From assembly GCA_050613775.1 (NCBI GenBank), contig JBODTK010000150.1, positions 62,001 to 126,000 on the forward strand: 64,000 nt of DNA. The letters run 5' to 3'. The DNA comes from Neocallimastix sp. 'constans'. Taxonomy: Eukaryota. Numbering within the stretch: position 1 is the stretch's first letter; every line of letters begins with the position of its first letter. Under the pieces are notes generated by a model, which saw only the letters and a program-made list of their open reading frames with translations, did no database searches and was not told where the DNA came from. A program made the translations under genes and the position numbers. Shown piece after piece: positions 49,175 to 63,200 of the stretch.

Positions 49175-50879
49175 ATAATTAAAACATAATAAATTATTTT
49201 TTAATAAAATCAATATCTATCTAGTTTACATTAGCTTGAAAAGAATAAAATAAAAAATAAAAAAAAAAATATTAAAAGAAAAAAAAATATCAAAAGAAAA
49301 AAAAAATATTAAAAGAAAAAAAAAATATCAAAAGAAAAAAAAAATATTAAAAGAAAAAAAAAAAAAAAAAACAATAATTTATTTTCATTTATATATTTAT
49401 AAAATTTATAGTAATCTAATACCTTATATAGTAACACAAATATTCATACAATAGAATAAATAATAGTGAAAACACGAATTTTTATAACATTCAAAATAAT
49501 TTTTTTAAAAAAAAAAAAAAAAAAAAAAATTTCAAATTTTAAATTTTGTTTATAATTATATCATATCAAATATTAATAAATTAAATAATTCATATATATA
49601 TATATTTTCAATAATATACTTTAATGAATTATTAATTTACATAATTATGTATATTTATATATATATTTAAAATTATCCAAATAAAATAATTTAAACTAAT
49701 AGAATAAATAAAAAAAGCAAATAGAAATAAAAAAAAAAAAAAAAAAAAAAATACGCAATAAATATTGTAAAATTTTTAAAAAATATTCTTCCATATTTAA
49801 TTTTTTTTTTTTTTTTTTTTTTTTTTTGTTATTTTTATTGTAATAAATACAGAAACTATATTAAAATTTTTGTGTTAATTTATTATAATACATTAAATAA
49901 AATTTTAAAGTTTATATTAAATTTATTTTTTCATGTCAAATATTAAATAAAAGTTAATATTAAAATTATATTTTCATAAAATACTAACATATATATATCA
50001 TAGAATATAAAATAAATAATATCATTCTATTTACAGAAAATTATTTTAAATTAAAATAAAGTTTTATCTTGAAAATTCTCATAAAAACTAAATTAGATTA
50101 AATGTTTCTGTATTATTAATAGGTTAAGTATTTGTTATTATTCTGTGGAGTAATACATATACATGTTAAATATATATATATATATATATTATTTTTCCTT
50201 TTTTTTTTTTTTTTTTTTTTTTTTTTGAACTTCATATATTTCATGGATACAATTTATATTATTAAATTTTTTAAATACATTATTCTTTTATGGAAATATT
50301 TAATATAATTTAATCCATTGTATGTATTTGTTTATTAAAAAAAAAAAAAATAAAAAAAAAAAAAAAAAACATATTAAGCTAAATAGTAAAACAATACACT
50401 AATTTTTGAATATTAACTAAGTTATTCAATAATACAATAATAACAATTATAAACGATATTTAATACCAATAAATCGAAATTCCACTTAAATTTTTGAGAT
50501 CAATTTTATTTATTTTATCCATATATTTTAAATTATTTTATTATTCATCGATCCCCAAAATTTTTATTATTCTTTCAATTTATTTGTAATTACCTTGAGG
50601 AATCCAGAGAAATAAATAACATTTAATTTCATTATCATTTTATAAATTACTTTTTATCTAACTTGAAAAATTTTTTAACTTTTCTCTTTAAGTTTTATTG
50701 ATCTTTAGATCTCTAAAAATAATTGACTTATTATTTAAAGTAATCCTTTTATTCACGAACATATAAACCTATTAAAACTTTACTAGATTTTCAACTACTT
50801 CAACTAATTTATCTTATTATTAATAATACGATATTTATTTTTCTTTATACAAAATTAAACTTGAACTGTTATACTATCA

Positions 50880-50910
<31 letters not shown>

Positions 50911-51419
50911 CAGTTTACATTTCATATATTTATTTTATTTTTTTTTTTTTACATTAATGGTATTAAATAATTTAAAATACCCTTATTTATAAATATATAA
51001 TTAATTATTATAAATAGAAAAATATTAAATTGTGAAATAATTCTAATAAACAATAACAATCTTAGTCTTTTTATATATTTTTAATATTTAAAATATTTTT
51101 ATATTTTATTATAAAAATGAGAAATAATAATTTATTTTGTTTAAAATTAACAATAGTCTTATATATTAATATATAATAAATTAATAATAGCTGTATACTT
51201 CAATCCATACTACATATAAAATTGAAGTTTTTATTATTTAATTATATAAATTTATCTTTTTAATAAAGTAATCAATAATATTAATTAATTTTTTAATGAA
51301 AGAAAAAATAATATATTTTTTTCAGAAATATTTAGACAAAATTAAATTTACTTATTACATATGATATTCGACTAGGACCTAAAACACTTCATATATAAAT
51401 AATTATATATATATATCAT

Positions 51420-51424
<5 letters not shown>

Positions 51425-51514
<90 letters not shown>

Positions 51515-51528
51515 TAAATAATAATAAT
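51425..51528. repeat. (AAT)n microsatellite
   Basis: Directly visible. Confidence 0.95.
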
Positions 51529-51860
51529 ATTAAAAATATAAATAAATTAAAACTTTTTTAAATTTATTATAATATTCAAACATGCGTTCTATAAGTTTGT
51601 AAAAGATTAATAAAACAAATAGAATATGAAAAATAATTAATTGTATTTTTTGTATTTATTATTTCCATCTAAAATAAAAAAAAAAATATTCAATTGTTAC
51701 TTAGAATTACTTATTATATACAATTAAAATAATGAAATATAGAAGTCTCGATAAAGAAAAAATATAATTTCTAAAGACGTAATAGATTAACGAACACTTT
51801 TATAAGATAGAACATTCTTTAACTAATAACTAATTGTTTTTTTTTTTTTTTTTTTTTTTA

Positions 51861-52056
51861 GCATTATATGAAAAGCCAGTACATAATATCATGTTTGTAT
51901 TAATTAAATAATACATTAAATACATTAATAAAAAACCGAGTGCTCTCATTTATTATTATTTTTTTTATTATTGTAATCAAGAAAAGGTATATTTCCTAGA
52001 TAAAAATATTGAACCTTTTTTATTTATTTATTTATTTATTTGTTTATTTATTTATT

Positions 52057-52116
<60 letters not shown>

Positions 52117-52592
52117 TTATTTTATTTTATTTTATTTTATTTTATTTTATTTTATTTTATTTTATTTTATTTTATTTTATTTTATTTTATTTTATTTTAT
52201 TTTATTTTATTTTATTTTATTTTATTTTATTTTATTTTATTTTATTTTATTTTATTTTATTTTATTTTATTTTATTTTATTTTATTTTATTTTATTTTAT
52301 TTTATTTTATTTTATTTTATTTTAATTTTAATTTTTTATTACTTTATTTTATTTCCCTCTTCCTTAATGGTCTAATATTTCATAATTTTTACCATCTTAT
52401 TAGGAAATTTAAAAAAAAAAAAAAAAAAAATAAAAATAAAAAAGGTTCAATATTTTCATCAAGGAGATGTACCTTTTCTTGATTATAATGAAAAAAAATA
52501 AATGAGAGCACACAATTTTTTTTATTAATGTATTTAATGTATTATTTAATTAATACAAACATGATATTATGTACTGGCTTTTCAAATAATGC
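51861..52592. mobile_element. Foldback/MITE-like element with ~150-bp inverted arms around a microsatellite core
   Basis: Arm 51861-52015 (GCATTATATGAAAAGCCAGTACATAATATCATGTTTGT...AATATTGAACC) is the reverse complement of 52444-52592 with a few mismatches and indels. The core is (TTTA)n(TTA)n(TTTTA)n. Confidence 0.7.
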
Positions 52593-52679
52593 ACCCAAAA
52601 AAAAATTAGTTAAAAATAAATAAATGAACATAAAATATATAAAATTTTTTTTATTTATATTAATATTAAAAAAGCTACA

Positions 52680-53373
52680 TTATCAGTTTCGAGGACGAAA
52701 TGTCCTTCTAATTCTTCCCATTCACAAATTAAAACGTCATGTGGATAAAAATTGTCATTCAAATCTGTATCTTAATTTCTTCTTAGCATAGTATAGAACT
52801 GAATTAAGGACAAAGGAAAACTAGAATACAAGTTTTTTGTAATGAAAAAGGTACATTCCTATTGGTTTAAATATAAAGAAAGAATTAACCGTAACCATAT
52901 AATTTATATTTACTATTCATTTTAGCAAATAATAGGCTCTAATTCCTATGTTTCCATTGAAAAAGTATTCCAAGATATGTATATTGATTAGTAGTGCTCG
53001 ATAGATGATTCATGTCAAACTTAAATAAAGAATTTTTCATCATCATAATGTCTTGAACGTATAAAGCTCTTTTGAGTTAACAACAACAAATGTAAAGCAT
53101 TTACTGATTCCAAAAGGTCATTTCCTTTTTTAATCTCTTAACATCTATCAAATATGTCATTGAAAAATAAATTTAATATAAAATAGGTGATGAAAGAAAT
53201 CCTTGTCGAACACCACCACAATGTATTGGAAATTCCTTTGAAAATTTTACCATTAAAAGATTGTATGAGCTATCGAAGTGAGGTATAGAAGTAATGAACT
53301 GAGGACACTTACCACAAATACAAATATTATTAAAGTTTTGTAAGCATAGTATTAATTGGAATAGAATCACAAG

Positions 53374-53404
<31 letters not shown>

Positions 53405-53656
53405 CAAGAAAATTCAAGAAAAATAAATAAATTAATCATTATAATTTTTTTCTTTCTATGGCAAATTTCTTGAATGGAGACAAATAAATTGATACATTCT
53501 TCATTTTTTCTAAAACTGAAACTGTTAAGTTGCTATTTTAGTCATATTAAAATTCACAAACAATAACAGAAGCGTTATTCTAATGATTATTAAGTCAATT
53601 AGCAACATTAGTTTTTTTTTTTTTTTTTTTGTTTGGTTTATCTCTTGAGTTTCCAT

Positions 53657-53694
<38 letters not shown>

Positions 53695-53970
53695 GCTTAG
53701 AACATATATGTTTCCTAAAGAACATCTAACCTTCCTTAAAAGGAAACTATATATTTACTGAGCGTAGGTATTCATACTCTAAGTTATCATTTAGTAATTT
53801 TGAAAGGAATTACGAATACTAAATATATAAAAGCCATACATACCAGGAATTTTTCATGTCTACATATCTTAGTACTGCTCTAAAATGATTAATAATTGGA
53901 TAAGGAATTCAAGAAAGAATTCAGAAATGAATGATTACTGACTTCTTAAAGATAAGTATATATAGTATTG

Positions 53971-54010
<40 letters not shown>

Positions 54011-54600
54011 ATTCAAAATAGTGTTAAATCGGTCACCTTTTTTTTCAGAGTTCCAGCCTTTAATATTTCACTTAATACTGAGATTAAAATAATATTTGGA
54101 ATTTTCAGAGGGATTAGCATACAGAAGTTTATCAGAGATAGGAATACTGAGCTGGACTCAGAATAATACCTTGGTTCTATTACAATTTATAATGCAAAAA
54201 AAATGTGCTAATCCTCAAAAGTCATCTTCCACAATTTATTCTTTTAACAAGGTCAAGTGTTTTGTAAATCATAAAAATAACTTTCAAATATTCCATTTTA
54301 TTATTATAGTTAACGTTAAGGATGAAAGTAATTTTCCATATTAAGTGAATTTTTTTTTTTTTTTTTTTTTTTACTAAAAAAACACCCATAGTCTTTAATC
54401 TTCTTTTTGTTCAAGATTCAAGGTCATGGTCTCCCATAGTCAATAGTTTTAAGTCTACTTTTTTTTCTTAAGAATTAAGGATTTAAGGTTATGAATGAAA
54501 GTTTAAAGCAAAAAAAAAAAAAAAAAAAAAAATTTTTTCAAGGTTAGGACCAAAATGTCTCAGACTTCTACGTATAGCGTATAGTGGGACATTTCAAAAA
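52680..54600 (-). mobile_element. Degenerate LINE-like RT remnant
   Basis: Minus-strand motifs in RT order: QFSFRKNEECINLFVSIQEICHR (~53455-53525), FLDLKK..DSIPI (~53355-53415), GGVRQGFLSSPILY (ORF 53173-53370), TYLGI (~52965-52982). Boundaries approximate. Confidence 0.8.
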
Positions 54601-54670
54601 TAAAAACTAAGCTAGTTTATTAATAAAAAAAAAAAAAAAAAAAAATTTTTTATAAAAAAAAAAAAAAAAA

Positions 54671-54694
54671 GCATATAAGGTGGAAGGAATAATC

Positions 54695-54725
<31 letters not shown>

Positions 54726-54794
54726 TATGAGGTGGAAGGAATAATCAAAAAAAAAAAAAAAAAAAAAAAAGTATATGAGATGGAAGGAATCAAT
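54671..54794 (+). repeat. Three copies of G(T/C)ATAT(G/A)AG(G/A)TGGAAGGAAT separated by poly(A)
   Basis: Copies at 54671, 54723 and 54771. Confidence 0.85.
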
Positions 54795-55746
54795 TTCTAC
54801 TACGAGATTTTAAGATAGTCATCCTCAGTGAACTTTATAAAACGTTGATACGTCCTTAAGGGAATTGACTTTAGTATTAATATTCATATAATTAAAAGTA
54901 GCTTAATATATATATGATATCGATATTTTATAACATTATAGCAATATAATGTTATAATATATTAATAATAATTATGATATAAATTATGAGATATATACAA
55001 ACACTTCAATTAACCATTATATAACAGGTATGAATTTATAATTATTTTATTGAGATCTATATATTTCATATTGTTTACAACAATTTACCATAATATTTAT
55101 ACTTATCATTGAACACTGATATAAATTTTTTTTTTCTTTATTATATTTATTAACTTTTGATTTTTTTTTTTTTTTTTTTTTTTATGTTATTATTTTTACA
55201 TATATTTTCTATAGGAAGGATAAAAATAAATAAATAAAATTAAATATATTTATATAAAATAAAATGCTAACTAGTATTTTAATATAATTAATATATGAAT
55301 ATATAGTAAATATAATTATAATAGAATGAGCTTTATAATAAAATATAAACTATTTTTTACTTTTTCTTTTTTCAATATAATATTATGAATTAAATAATGA
55401 AATAATAATAATAATAATAATAATAATATTAATAATAATATCATAATATTATATATCTAATAAAAAGAAATATTTCTTTTTTTTTTTAAAAAAATATATA
55501 TATATATATATAATTTAATAATATTAATTATATAGTATAAATTTAAAATAATATGATTACTAAATATTTACTTTAATTATATATACATTGTTGAATATAG
55601 TTTTACTTTAATTATTTATTCTTATTTTTTTATTTTTATTTTTATTTTATTTTTTTTTTAGAAAATTTTTATTTTATTTCATTTATTTTATGTAAAATGA
55701 AATTATTGATATTGATTGCTACAAGAGTAATTGTTCATATTTCATT

Positions 55747-56720
55747 TTAAGCAAGTAACTGTTTTTTTAATTCTTCTATTAATTCCTTTTTTTCTTGTAG
55801 TTCTGTTTCAATAAATCCCTTTTGTACTACAACATCATATAATTCACTACGAATTTCTTCAACTTCTTCCGGACTAACCCAATCTTCACGTTCTTTCAAA
55901 GCATCAAATACTTCATGATATTCTTTAATTTCATCATATAATTCTTTTGTTTCTGATTGTTTCTTTTCCAAAGCTTCATTTTTTTCATTAAGTGCAAGTG
56001 TTAAATTTTCAACTTGTTTCTTTAAGTCATTAATCATTACTTCATATTCTGATAATGATTCTTTATTAGAATTACCGGAAACAAGAGTATTTAAAGAATC
56101 ATTAGATGCCTTCATCTTTGAACTGTCGTCTTCTAAAGAAGCTTCAACATATTCTTTTTCATGATTATCTTTTGCTCCTGATTTTACTCCTGCTGCTATC
56201 AAAGCTTCTTCTATTTTTTCTTCTACTTCTTCTGGTGGAATCCAATTTTCTCTTTCAACTAACATATTTACTACATCGTTAAGATTACTTATATCATCAA
56301 CTAACTCATCTTTTTCTTTTTTGACTTCTAAAAATTCTTTATTTATTTTTGCATTATCAATCTCCTTTTGATTTAAACTATTGGATAATTCATCATTTTT
56401 TTTAATGGCAATTGCTAATTTTTCTTGTAACAACTTATTTTCTTTTTTTATATTATGATATTCTTTTGAAAGTGGCGTTAATGATTCATTTTCAAAAATT
56501 TTTTTATTCTTATTATAATTTTTATACGTTGATTGTTTTAAATATTTTTCACCCTCTTGTATTTGAGATTTAGTTAAAAATCCTTCATAAAATTCTATTT
56601 TTTTAATTAATTTTTGTATGAATTGTTCATGACCATTGCTATCTTCCTCCTTTATAATAATAAATTCCATTAATTTTTTACATAATATAAAAAGAATATT
56701 AATTTTTATTTTTATTTTTA

Positions 56721-56753
<33 letters not shown>

Positions 56754-57367
56754 TTATAAAATTTATATTTAATTATCCTGAATAAAATGATTACCTTAAT
56801 AAATGAAAGGTCTATTATAAAAATTGAGATTATTTATAAAATGTTTATAATAATAAACATATATAAATATAACAATAAATCATTTACAGGTACATTATTA
56901 TGAATTTTCATAATATATATATAATAAAAAAAAAAAAAAATATTAATACTTACTTAAATCACTTTTTTCCAGAGGACTGAATTCCAATATATTATTGTCA
57001 CTGAGTGATTTTATATGTAAACCACGTTTCTATTTTTAATATATAAATACATGAATATATAAAAATAATCGTTAATTATCAATTCTATTTTTTTTTTTCT
57101 TTTTTAAAAAAAAAATTAATAATATATTATATTAATAAATTCCATTTATTATTTCAATTATTATTAATAGTATCATATCATTAAATGTTAAAAATAGTAT
57201 TAAATAAATAAATAAATTTAAAACTATAAAAAAAAAAGTATATATATAATTACTTCACTACTATTTTGCATTTGTTCCTTCCTTTTCTCATATTGTTTCT
57301 TATTAACTTTAGGAGATTTCCATTGAGAAACATTAATCTTTTTTGATAAAACGTTTTCTTTATTCAT
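55747..57367 (-). CDS. Four-exon coiled-coil protein, predicted 369 aa, function unknown
   Basis: Exons 57367-57254, 57029-56954, 56811-56795 and 56649-55747, with donors GTAATT/GTAAGT/GTAATC and acceptors TAG/TAG/AAG. They join in frame (114+76+17+903 = 1110 nt). The protein is E/K/L-rich with an internal repeat ERENWIPPEEVEE / EREDWVSPEEVEE. Confidence 0.8.
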
Positions 57368-58719
57368 TTTTTTTGAAAAAAAAAAAATTAAAAGAAATAG
57401 ATTATATAATAATTTAAATAGGGTATATTATTTATTTAAAAATATTTTTGAAAAAAAAAATAATTATAAAAGTAAATACAATAATAAAATAAATATTTAT
57501 AATTCTTTATTTAAAAAAAATAAATATATTATAAATTCTTAATTTAAAAGAAAAAAGAAATGTATTATAAAAATTTTATTCGTTATTTAGTATTATTTAA
57601 TATTATTTAATAATTAAGAAGATTAAAAAAATATATATATATATATAGAAAATATGGACAATTTTTTAAAAAAAAAATAATAATAAATAAATTTAAGTAG
57701 GACAAAAAATTCAGGTTTACAATTAAAACATATTTAATTTACTATTTTACTTATTTATTTATTTATTTACTTATTTATTTATTTACTTATTTATTTATTT
57801 ATTTACTTATTTATTTATTTACTTATTTACTTATTTACTTATTTAAATATTTATTTACTTTTTCATTTATTCATTTACTAATTATTATACAATTTACTAT
57901 TTTTTATTTTATTTTATTATTATTGTTATTTTATTTTATTTTTATTTTATTTTTATTTTTTTTTTTTTTACTTTTTTTTATATAAATATTTTTTTTAATA
58001 TATACAAGTATTTTTTTTTTTTTTTTTTTTTTATTTTATTTTAATCGATTTTATTTTCACTATTTCATAAATATTTAAAAAATGAAACGAAATGAAATAT
58101 TGTATAAATGTATATTATATAAAAATGAAGAAAAAAAAAAGTTTTTATACATATTTTCTAATTATATATATATATCCTTTTTATTGTTTTACATATAATA
58201 AGGAAAAAATTTTTTTACAATTTTTTAATAAATAATAACAATAAAAAAAAAAAAGATTGTTAAAGATCATTTTTGAAAAATTAAATATATTTTGAATTTT
58301 TACTTATTTAAAATGTATATTTAGAATAATACTGTTTTTCTATTCTCTTTTCTAGAAATATAAATATGTATTTTTGTGCTTTATTTTTTAATATATATAT
58401 ATATATATATAAACATTTTTTTATATCTTTAGGATAGTTACGATAATTAAGAAAAGATGATGTAAAAACAAAAAAAAATAATAATATGAAAATATTTATA
58501 ATTAAAATTTGGTTTTAATTTGGTTTCAATTTGGTTTCAATTAGGTTTCTATTTGATTTTAAATAAAAGTTTTTTTTTTTAATTCTATTATTCAATATTT
58601 CAATATATTATCAATGAATCCAACAAGAGTATATTAATCTTTTTTATAACCTTGATTTTTTTGTCCTCTTTTTTTTGTATTGAATAATTAAAACATTTTT
58701 TTTTTTTTTATTATTATTA

Positions 58720-59550
58720 TTATATTGAAAATTCATGACTTTTATCATTTTCTGGTTCAGGAACCAAATACTTCTCATTAATTGGTTTATGGTTATTATT
58801 AATAACCTGTAATTCAATAGCAGTTTCATCTTCTGAAATATCGGCAGTTTCATTATCACTATTATAATTTTCATATCGTTCATACGAAGTTAATTTATGA
58901 TCATTACAAAAATTAGACACTTCCGATCTTGAAAAAGAAATTTTACTTTTTATAAAACTCCATGGGAAGAAAGAACGTCTATTATTTTCTTTTTTCTCAG
59001 TATTGGATTGATCATTGTAACCAGATTCAGTTCTATTAATTTGATCAATTGAGGAAGGAGCAAATTTTGAACCTTCTCTTTCTTCATTAATCGTTTCTAA
59101 ATTCTTTTCATTTTCTTCTTTTGTTGATGGTACCAATATGGATTTATTATTAAATTCTTGATTATTAAATTCATTTGCACTACCATTATCTTGGTTATTT
59201 ATTGTTTCTTCTGATTCATATATATAAGATGGATAATCTTTTATATCTTCTTCCATTAAATCGTTTGGTACATTAACGAATTTAGATGGGTCTATTGAAT
59301 GATTAAATACCGAATCATACTTTGAACTTGAAAAGGTGGTATATCTAGCATCATTAATATTTTGATTTCTTGCTAAAACATTATTATCCATTGATCCATT
59401 TTTTAAATAAGTAAAAGGATTTTTGAAAGTATCAACCATCATATCCTTTATACTCTTTTTCTTTTTTATGGAATGATTAGGAACACTCTCAATAACTCCA
59501 TTGGGATTTTTTACAAATGTTTGACTAATTTTTTTAGCTAAAGACTTCAT
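58720..59550 (-). CDS. Hypothetical 276-aa hydrophilic, N/E/S-rich protein
   Basis: Long ORF in a very stop-rich background, AAAAATG start context and elevated GC. No recognisable domain. Confidence 0.75.
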   Translation of the reverse strand: MKSLAKKISQTFVKNPNGVIESVPNHSIKKKKSIKDMMVDTFKNPFTYLKNGSMDNNVLARNQNINDARYTTFSSSKYDSVFNHSIDPSKFVNVPNDLMEEDIKDYPSYIYESEETINNQDNGSANEFNNQEFNNKSILVPSTKEENEKNLETINEEREGSKFAPSSIDQINRTESGYNDQSNTEKKENNRRSFFPWSFIKSKISFSRSEVSNFCNDHKLTSYERYENYNSDNETADISEDETAIELQVINNNHKPINEKYLVPEPENDKSHEFSI

Positions 59551-60524
59551 TTTTTATCTATAAATTTTAATATATAAACTTAAATAAATTAATAGTAACT
59601 TTTATTTTCAGATAAAATAAACACTTTATTGTGATTATACTTAAAATATATAAATTTGCTTAATTATTTATATAATTTATATAACAAAATAGTTAAAACT
59701 AAAAAAGCAGTAATATTTGAATTCCTCTGAAATTAAAATACATATTATGAAAAAAAAAAAAAAAAAAAAAATACTAAAAAAGAATAATTCAATTATAATT
59801 CTTTACGATAGTATGAAAAAATAATCTTATTTTTTCAATTAATTGTTTTGTAATTAGTTCTGTAAATTTTATTGAATAAATTGCTAAATATTATATATAA
59901 AATAATTATAGTATTACAAAAAAATATATATTATATATATATATAATTAGTATAGATTCTTTCTCTTCATATAACAAGTAATTATTTTCATATACAATAA
60001 AATATATATATATATATATTAAGTGTACTATTAGTGTTTAATTGACAATATTTAAAAATATAACTAATTATTTATTTAATAATATTTATTTTAAAGGTTT
60101 ATTGTATAATGCTAAAAATTTTTATTATTAAATTAAAAATTTATTTTATAATATTAAATATTTTTATGAATGATTTATAATAATTAATATTTTACTATAA
60201 GTACATTATTAATTCCTTTATATCATTTTATACTATTTATATATTGATTAATACTCTCCTATATATAAATAATTATTCTTTATATCCCAATAACTTCTAA
60301 AATAATAATAACATAATAAAAACATTTTATATTTACAATTATATTAGAGCTTTAAATTTAATTTTTATTTTTTTCTTAATTTGTTTACTTCATTTCTTTA
60401 AAGATTTCGGTTTTTAAAAAAAGTTTAAAAAAATAAAAAGATAGTAAACTTTAAATCAAAACCAAGAAAAAAAATAAAGGAAAAAAATATATTTTAATAT
60501 TTTCCTTTTTTTTTCCCTTTTTTT

Positions 60525-60557
<33 letters not shown>

Positions 60558-61348
60558 CCTTTATTATTTTTTTTTTTAAATAGGAAGAAAATAATCGCAA
60601 AAGTATAAAAAAAATAATAATAAAGGAAAAAAAATTAATTATTCATTGATAATAATCCATATATTATGAATATATTTTAATATATTCAAGTATTCTCTTG
60701 ATTTTATTTAAAATATTTCATTTGACATTTTTTTTTGGTTAATAATATATATATAATTGTATTATATTATATAATATCACATTTAATTACATTATATTTT
60801 ATTATATTGTATTTTATTAAATTATAATTTTTCTTTTTTTTTTTTTTTTTTGAATTTTAATCATCATTTTCTAATTTTTTAGGTAAAAAAAAATATATTT
60901 TAATAATTTATTATAAATATTAGAAAATATTAACAATTTTCAAATCAAATCAATAATATATTAATTAATTATTTCTTAATAATATATAATATATTTTATT
61001 AGTAATTTAGAATACTATTCAAAATAATTTATTATAATTTATTATATAATATTATATATATTATATATATTATATTTAATATTTTCATTATTATCTATAA
61101 TAAAAATTTTAATTTAGCTTTTCATATATTATAATATAATGTATTATATAGAAAATTTAATACCATATTAGTAAAATAATTTTAAAATTCAAAAGATTTT
61201 GCTTTTTTAATTAATTTTTAAAATTTTAATTGGATGATTTTATAATATCTTGAAATTAATTATATTATTTTTACTAATATATTACAATATTAATGATTAT
61301 ATGAGTAATTTTATTGACAAAATTGTATTATTATTATTATTATCATTA

Positions 61349-62090
61349 TTTTTTTTTTTTTTTAGATTGGGATGAATATTAAGGGTGGACAAATAGGGCC
61401 TCTAGCTTTCTCTCTTAAATTTATCAATAAATTCTTTACCATATATTGCTTCGGGGTCGGTTTGTACCTGTCTCTAAGCAAATATTATATGAAAAGACAT
61501 TTCCTATATGCCGCATAATACGACGGGCTTCTTTTCAGTAATCTCTTGAACCATCATTAAGGGAGTAACAACTACATTGATCCTCTCACATATCGATTAC
61601 TCTCTAAACTATCAATTGTATATAATCAAAGAATAGGAATACTTATCATGGCGAGCGAACAATCAACTTCATTTATAGGGAAAAACCTTATGGGAGAAAA
61701 TTATCCAATATAAATTCAAGAGGTAGTCGCATGGGTCAATCCAAAAATCTTATGTTTATTAGTCCCAAGTGCTAACTACCAGTATAAAAATTGGAAAAAC
61801 ATTTTTCTTCTTATTCATGTAATGGCATGTATTATGCCTATGCCCCAAAAATGTTTCGAAATCAATAAATGTCATCAGTTTCACCAAAACTTGATTCACC
61901 AGCACTACTAGGAAATAATTCATTATATTATTCCATTCTTCTATAACAACAGCATCAATAGCAACAACTAATGCCTTCACCACATCAAATGCAATATTCA
62001 AGTATTAATAACAATTCTATCTGCTAATGATAATATTAATCCAACACACGTTAATAGTATTGCTTGTGCTTCAAATTCAAAAAAAAAGCA
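61349..62090 (-). mobile_element. Probable 3' end of a decayed non-LTR retroelement
   Basis: GC-elevated island whose minus strand ends ...TCCCAATCT-poly(A), similar to the LINE tails at 503-523 and 63157-63180. No diagnostic protein motif recognised. Confidence 0.4.
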
Positions 62091-62096
62091 CATATT

Positions 62097-62133
<37 letters not shown>

Positions 62134-63156
62134 CATGTTTATTTGTCAGTTAAGGATCAATTATTAAATAATTAAATTCCCAATTTAGCAAAAAGATACT
62201 TGTAGTTGACATAAAATTTTGAAAAAAATGAGATTATATTATTATTCATATCTATATAATATATATTATAATATATTATATAATTTTTTTTTTAATTTAT
62301 TATTAAGGATATATATTATTAATATATATTTAATATAGAAATAAATTTTAAAATTTTCTTTTTTTTTTTTCATTTGAAACCACGTTTTTTATTATTTTGA
62401 TATTTATATTAATGTCAAATTTACATTAATTAATGCTAAATCAGTAAATTAATTTTAGATAATTAATATAATCTTTTAAAAACTTTATATTATTAATTTT
62501 GTTCCAGTATAATAAGATTTATATTTATTTTATTCTTAATTTATTCTTTTATATTCTTTTATTGTAATGGTTTTATTATGGTTTACACATATGAAGTAAC
62601 ATAAAAATATAATATTTAAATATACCATATTATATTTAATATATCATATTATATCATAAAGTTTTTCTGAAAATGGAATTTTTTTTAATTTTATTTTATT
62701 TTATTTTATTTTTTTTTTTTTTCTTCACATATGAAGGAAAATACACCTTCTATTACTATAATTTATCAAATATTAAATAAATGATTTATTAGCATTTTTA
62801 CTCATTTTAATTATATAATATAAACTTTATAAAAATTGTATTAAAAGCATAGCAACAAACATTAAAAGTAAAAAGTAAAAATTATATATATGTATCATAT
62901 ATATTAAATATTAATATAACCTTAATAAGAAAAAAAAGTAATATCATTCTAGATTATGATTATTATAAGACGTCATTTCTCTTAATTTAATTATATATAA
63001 AAGCTATTAACAATCTACATTTCTTTATTCTTTTTTTAAACTGTCTTTTGCTTTCATTTATTAAATTATTAATAAGATCATTTACTCATTTATTTATATT
63101 TTCATTTATTTTTAAATAAATTCAACCATTCACCTGTTTATTTATTTAATACTAAG

Positions 63157-63200
63157 TTTTTTTTTTTTTTTAGACTAGGAAGAGAATACACTTCCAGTGC
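63157..63200 (-). mobile_element. 44-bp extremely 5'-truncated LINE/SINE tail insertion with TSD
   Basis: Minus strand reads GCACTGGAAGTGTATTCTCTTCCTAGTCT-A15. Flanked by TTTAATACTAAG (63145-63156) and TTTAATAGTAAG (63201-63212), 11/12 identical. Confidence 0.8.

Noticed and set aside
52009..52482. ORFs of 157 and 111 aa (ILFYF repeats)
   Set aside because: Translations of (TTA)n/(TTTTA)n microsatellites.
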